From Eledone cirrhosa (taxonomy: Eukaryota): a DNA stretch of 64,000 bases. The DNA lies in assembly GCA_964016885.1 (NCBI GenBank), contig OZ024741.1, forward strand, positions 79,608,001 through 79,672,000, read 5' to 3'. Positions 59,213 through 64,000 of the stretch are shown one piece after another. The notes under the pieces are model-generated. The model did no database searches. It was not told the origin of the DNA and saw only the letters and a list, made by a program, of their open reading frames with translations. Each line of letters starts with the position of its first letter. Within the stretch, counting starts at the first letter, position 1. The position numbers and the translations under genes were made by a program.

Positions 59213-59911
59213 CTCTAATACACATGTTGGATGAAGGTTAGGCTCAAACGGGTTGTTAGTTTTCTAGTTCATAATACATATGTTACATTTACGGGGAGTC
59301 TGTACAAACAGGCTAGAGAAATACTTATGATCTTCTGGCAGAAACTTTCTTTATCCTCTCGCGAAATTGTTTTTCTCGATACAAGAATTGAGTGGATGTT
59401 TTAAGTATGTATATGATATTTTTGTTCCGAATTACGGACACCTCGAGGATTTAATGTGCAGAATTTATCCTAGAGACGTGTAGAAGTGGTTACAATTGAT
59501 TAAAGTTAATTATTTAGACGTCACTACTGAAAGGTCCAGTAGGTTTATTGTGATGAGTGTATTCAATAAGACTAAGGATTATTATATTGAAATGGCTTGG
59601 ATGTCTTTTGCATCCAGCTGTATACGCCAAATAATGGGATATGATGTGTTTTCAAACCAATTAAGTTACAGTAGTATCTGCAGTTGAATTAAAGATTTTA
59701 TAGAGAGAGTTAAAAAGTTGTTTGTACACATGGTTAGACGAGGTTATGTTACAAATGTTGACAAGATACTTTTGGAATGAGGGACGAGATTTTAAGAAAA
59801 TTCTTGGCTGTTTCTGGCTTTCAATTGAGCAACATATGGCAAGACGCTGGAGACAACGGAGAGAAGTGTGTATATATATATATATATATACTTCTCTCCG
59901 TCGCCTCCAGC

Positions 59912-59971
<60 letters not shown>

Positions 59972-59982
59972 GTCTCTCTCCC

Positions 59983-60030
<48 letters not shown>

Positions 60031-60084
60031 TTTATTAAGGTTAAATAGCGAGTCTTGTTACTCGGGAGTTTCGCCTGTTTATCA

Positions 60085-60132
60085 CAGGTCTGATGACCCT
60101 GTGGTAAACAGACGAAACTCCAGAGTAACATG
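60085..60132 (+). ncRNA. Type I hammerhead ribozyme within a ~130-bp palindrome (60029-60157)
   Basis: CAGGT-CTGATGA-cc-CTGT/ACAG-ac-GAAAC-TCCAGAGT-A-ACATG. Confidence 0.7.
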
Positions 60133-60269
60133 ACTCGCTATTTAGCTTTAATAAAATGAATATCAAAACTCTACTTCGGTATTGAGTATTCTTTTCTTTC
60201 AGCCGTCAACCTCATACGGGTATGTATATATATATGTGTGTGTGTGTGTGTGTGAAAGCAGAACGACAA

Positions 60270-61000
60270 AAGCTTCAAATACCCCAACATTTTAGATAAA
60301 ATAATTTTAAAAAGTGTATTTAAAAGAAAAACATTTTCAGATTAAAAATGGATACTTATTTGAAAAAGATATTACGTACCTAAAAAAAAATAGTAAGAAT
60401 ATGTCGATAAAGAATATCGAATGTGTAATTGTAAATCCCGAAAATATATTTTAGAGAAACATAATAACAGACCATTTTTAAAAGACATTTATTTATAGTT
60501 TGTGAGGTAGATTTATTTGACTAACATATTATTTACTTTAAACCAATATAAATATATGTCGATACAAGATATAAAAGGCGGAATTGTAAACATCGAACAT
60601 ATAGTTTAGGGGGAAATAATCCCAGAAAGGTTCTTAAACAGCATTTATTTATAGTTTTAAGCAATATTTAATAAATATATTTACTTTTTAAAAATGTCAG
60701 TAAATGTCGATAAAGGATATTGAAAGCAGAATTGTAAATCCAGCAAATATATTTTAGGGGAAAAAGCCAATAATAATAAACTTAAAAGGCATTTATTTTA
60801 TTTTAAATGGAAAACTGGGGTATATATATGTATGAGTGTATATATGGATGGGAAACTTACTTATAAACCTAAGGAACTAAATAAATGTCTATAGAAGATA
60901 TCGAAGCCAAATCCCGAAGAGATATTTCAGGAAAAAATAATTTTATAAAATACTTCTAAAAAGACATTATATTTATGATTTTCGAAGTAGAATTTATTTA
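60270..61000. repeat. Diverged ~150-180-bp tandem repeat (about 4-5 units)
   Basis: ATGTCGATAAAG...ATTGTAAATCCCGAAAATATATTTTAG recurs at ~60401, 60556, 60704 and 60885. Confidence 0.75.
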
Positions 61001-61599
61001 AGAGAAATGCGTGGTTAATGAGAGAAAGGAAGTGGTTCTGGCGAAAATGTAAACATTGCTATGAAAGAAAGGGGAGGCGTAAGGGAGCGACAGACTGTAT
61101 GTACTCATTAGTCTGAGTGATATGTTTCAGCCGCGTCACGCGGACAAAATGGTGAAGGCATTGCCGCAGAGAATAGCCAGCGGTAACTGGTCACCGTCTT
61201 CTCCTCTACATTGCGGGCAGCAGTGCTCGGGTTTGCGGTCGAAGCGACCAGGCTGGAGGCGAAGACCGAATTGCAACACGTGGTGTCCCAGGGTGGTGAT
61301 TTACCTCCTTCGAATGGTTAGAGAGTTATCCTACCTGGGCGTTTCATATCACCACGTTTGAGGCCAGCTGGCTCTAACTGTGACGGGAAGCTGGCCGCGT
61401 CGAGTCTGCTGTGAAAGTGTGAAGGCAAAGGGAGTAAGATAAACAAGTGTACCAGAATTCTGGTACTTCAAACTTCCTGACTTATCGTTTCGATGTTTTC
61501 ACGTCCGACTTATTTATATTTTAAAAAGAAAACGAGTGTTAAACTTTCGATATCCTTTATCGGCATTTATTTATATATTCTTATTAGAAATATGCGAGC

Positions 61600-61760
<161 letters not shown>

Positions 61761-62179
61761 GGTATGAGTATGTGTGTTCGTGCAGAAAACATATTTCCAT
61801 TAAAAATATATAGATTTTAAAATTTAATTTAATTTTAGTTTTTTCCCAGCATTAACCAAAGTCAATGACAAGTGAACTAAAGCCAGCCCGGACAGTGACT
61901 AGATAGAGACATAACTACATTAACACATCAAGTTCACAGTACAACAGACATAAAATACAATTTTCATAAATGATCAGCCACAAAACCAAAAGCGCTGTTA
62001 ACTTCCAAATCTACTTCCATAAAAATAGCCTTTGACTTCACCAGTTATATGACTGTTTCAACATATCATTGATCGCTTCGATTACATTTTATTCTTGTCC
62101 TGATTATTATTTCTACTTTGGTTTCGTTGTCTACTCCGCTTAACAATTATTTTGCTGTGAGACTCTGACAGAGACGTTT

Positions 62180-62680
62180 TCCTGCATGCATTGCGATTTC
62201 TTCAAGTTTCACTTGAAGCGGAAATCGGGGTTACCAGGTTAGGCTACACATTGCGAATAACGCAACTTTTCAAGACCTCGTAATAATTGTTTCTACTTTT
62301 GGCACAAGGACAGCAATTACCCCAGTGCATTACTGGTACTTTATTTTATCGACCCTGTAAGGATGAAAGGGAAAGTTAACCTCGGCGGGATTTGAACTCA
62401 GACCGTAAAGGGACGTAACTATGCTGGAAAGGATAGTGCCTGACCCTCTACTGATACTGCCAATCCACCGCAAATGACCTCATAATGATATTCTTATTTC
62501 AATAGGGTTCTTTCCTTGACAAATCGAAATTTTAAACTAGCAAGTAGTCCAAATTAAAAGAAAAATAAGAATATTTGCATGAGGTCTTCAAAAATAGCAT
62601 AGTCCGCAATGTCTAGCCTAACCTAGCAAATATGGTTTCCGCCACAAGTGAAATTTGAAGAAATAGTAATTCATGCAATG
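62180..62680. mobile_element. Palindromic MITE-like element with a nested Meta-like SINE (62285-62470, minus)
   Basis: Arms TTCTTCAAGTTTCACTTGAAGCGGAAA...AGGTTAGGCTA / TAGCCTAACCT...TTTCCGCCACAAGTGAAATTTGAAGAA; SINE TSD GACCTCRTAAT. Confidence 0.65.
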
Positions 62681-63142
62681 GATTATTAGTAGCCGACATA
62701 AAAGAACACAATGACATGATATTTTGTTTCTTTCAGTTATTCTAATCATTTAGTATTGATGAGTGTTCTATATAATAAATGTTAACACAGCACACGCCAA
62801 CATTTTTATGGTTTCCAGCTGGTAAACCATTGATTCCGCTTTTTGCACTGCTGCAGCTGCTGTTGTTCATATTGCTGCAGAATATGGTGATGGTGCTTTG
62901 GTTGATTTTGTTGCTGTTGTTCGTGATGAATAATATTTAGTCATCAATCTTGTTTTCAAGCTCTTAACTTTATTCCAGCCTTGTCTATACAAGTCTGTTC
63001 TTAGCCAAACGGTCCATTGTCAGTGAATGAAGACGGCATGCGTTTTTTTTCAGCTGTGAAAATCTATTGGAGGTGTCTGTGTGTGTCAAAATGTGGAAGT
63101 ATTTGTCACAGCTGTGTTTGTGTGTGCGAGCGTATCTGTGTG

Positions 63143-63174
<32 letters not shown>

Positions 63175-63843
63175 TGTATGTGTGTGTGCGAGTTTATCTG
63201 TATGTGTGTGTGTTCTGCTTCCATGATATACTGCATTACTGAATAAATCTATAGATTTTAGCTAACACGATGTGTATGTATACGTGTGTGTGGTGTGTGT
63301 GTATATTTATGTACATGTATGTACGTATGTATGTATACGTCGCTCTCGAGTGCTACTGGTAACATGTAACCCAATACAACCTGTCGCATGGTCGGATCGT
63401 CTGTGACTTAACCGGCAACACCACCAAGCTTGCTTGGTGAGGAGGGTGATATTTGGACACCCTGCTGGATGAAATACAAGACCCGGCAAAGGGTGGAAGA
63501 ACTCAGCAGAGTCAACGGCCATCCAAAAAGTTATTTTCTTTTTCACCTGGGAGTGAAAGGCCCCCAGTTGTTGTCACAACACCTTTCTAGGAGAGGGAAA
63601 CTCTGGAAAAAAACCCTGCGGCTTCGGAAACATCTAATGATATTGACCTGTTCTCCTTTTCGGGTAGTGTTTTCGATGCTCAGAGAATGGGATTGGTTGA
63701 GTGCAAGGCCTTTCCCCACTTAAAAAACCTTCAAAGCACAAGCATTGCTTGTTCAGGTTATGTTACAGGTTCGTGCGGTTGTAACTGTTGGCAATGTAGT
63801 TGGGTTTGTTGTTTTTTAACACCTGTTTAAACAGCACCACATC

Positions 63844-63992
63844 TACACCTGCCAACCTCTAAATCCCAAACGGAAAAGAAGTGCTCCAAAACGGGGAGAA
63901 ATGAGGCAAAATGGGGAGATTTTACATAATGAAAGTTATTCCCAAAGTGGATGGGAGATCTCCCCGTCGGTCTTGGAGAGTTGGTAGGTCTG
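63844..63992. mobile_element. Short hAT-like MITE
   Basis: ACCTGCCAAC / GTTGGTAGGTCTG imperfect TIRs. Confidence 0.45.
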
Positions 63993-64000
63993 CCATATCG

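Larger units (their letters stand above)
53700..59870 (+). mobile_element. Degraded Naiad/Chlamys-like Penelope RT, split by a SINE, a hATm and a hAT
   Basis: 5' part CDAIYNNIGMNMRWSIESSIEFL...AYGFTTLY (53730-53870); 3' part FKYVYDIF...RIYP...VNYLDV...VFNKTKDY...YDVFSNQL (59400-59690). Confidence 0.55.

Overview
Repeat-dense, AT-rich animal genomic DNA. The SINE heads and tails, RTE LINEs with (GAT)n tails and huge (TA)n tracts resemble octopod cephalopod repeats (inference). One host gene is visible on the minus strand: a 392-codon poly-Q/S/N/H first coding exon (38694-39869), a YY1-motif promoter, and a phase-compatible 39-nt micro-exon at 11149-11187. The rest is a layered transposon graveyard: RTE LINE fragments with a PHD-like finger, CORE-type and Meta/MESC-like tRNA SINEs, a CR1-group LINE, mariner/hAT/hATm elements with TIRs and TSDs, Helitron-like ends around a 28-bp minisatellite, a Neptune-type Penelope-like element (RT + GIY-YIG) and a split Naiad-like Penelope RT. 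The most striking signal is a population of short non-coding elements sitting in (TA)n tracts that carry type I hammerhead ribozyme motifs. Four or five look intact (19311, 29313, 48718, 60085, 49071) and about a dozen more are decayed or truncated, from several unrelated families. Some form ~520-nt terminally redundant units with snap-back inversions, consistent with a Penelope-mobilised pLTR/retrozyme (possibly circular RNA) system. All structures were folded by eye; nothing was computed or searched.
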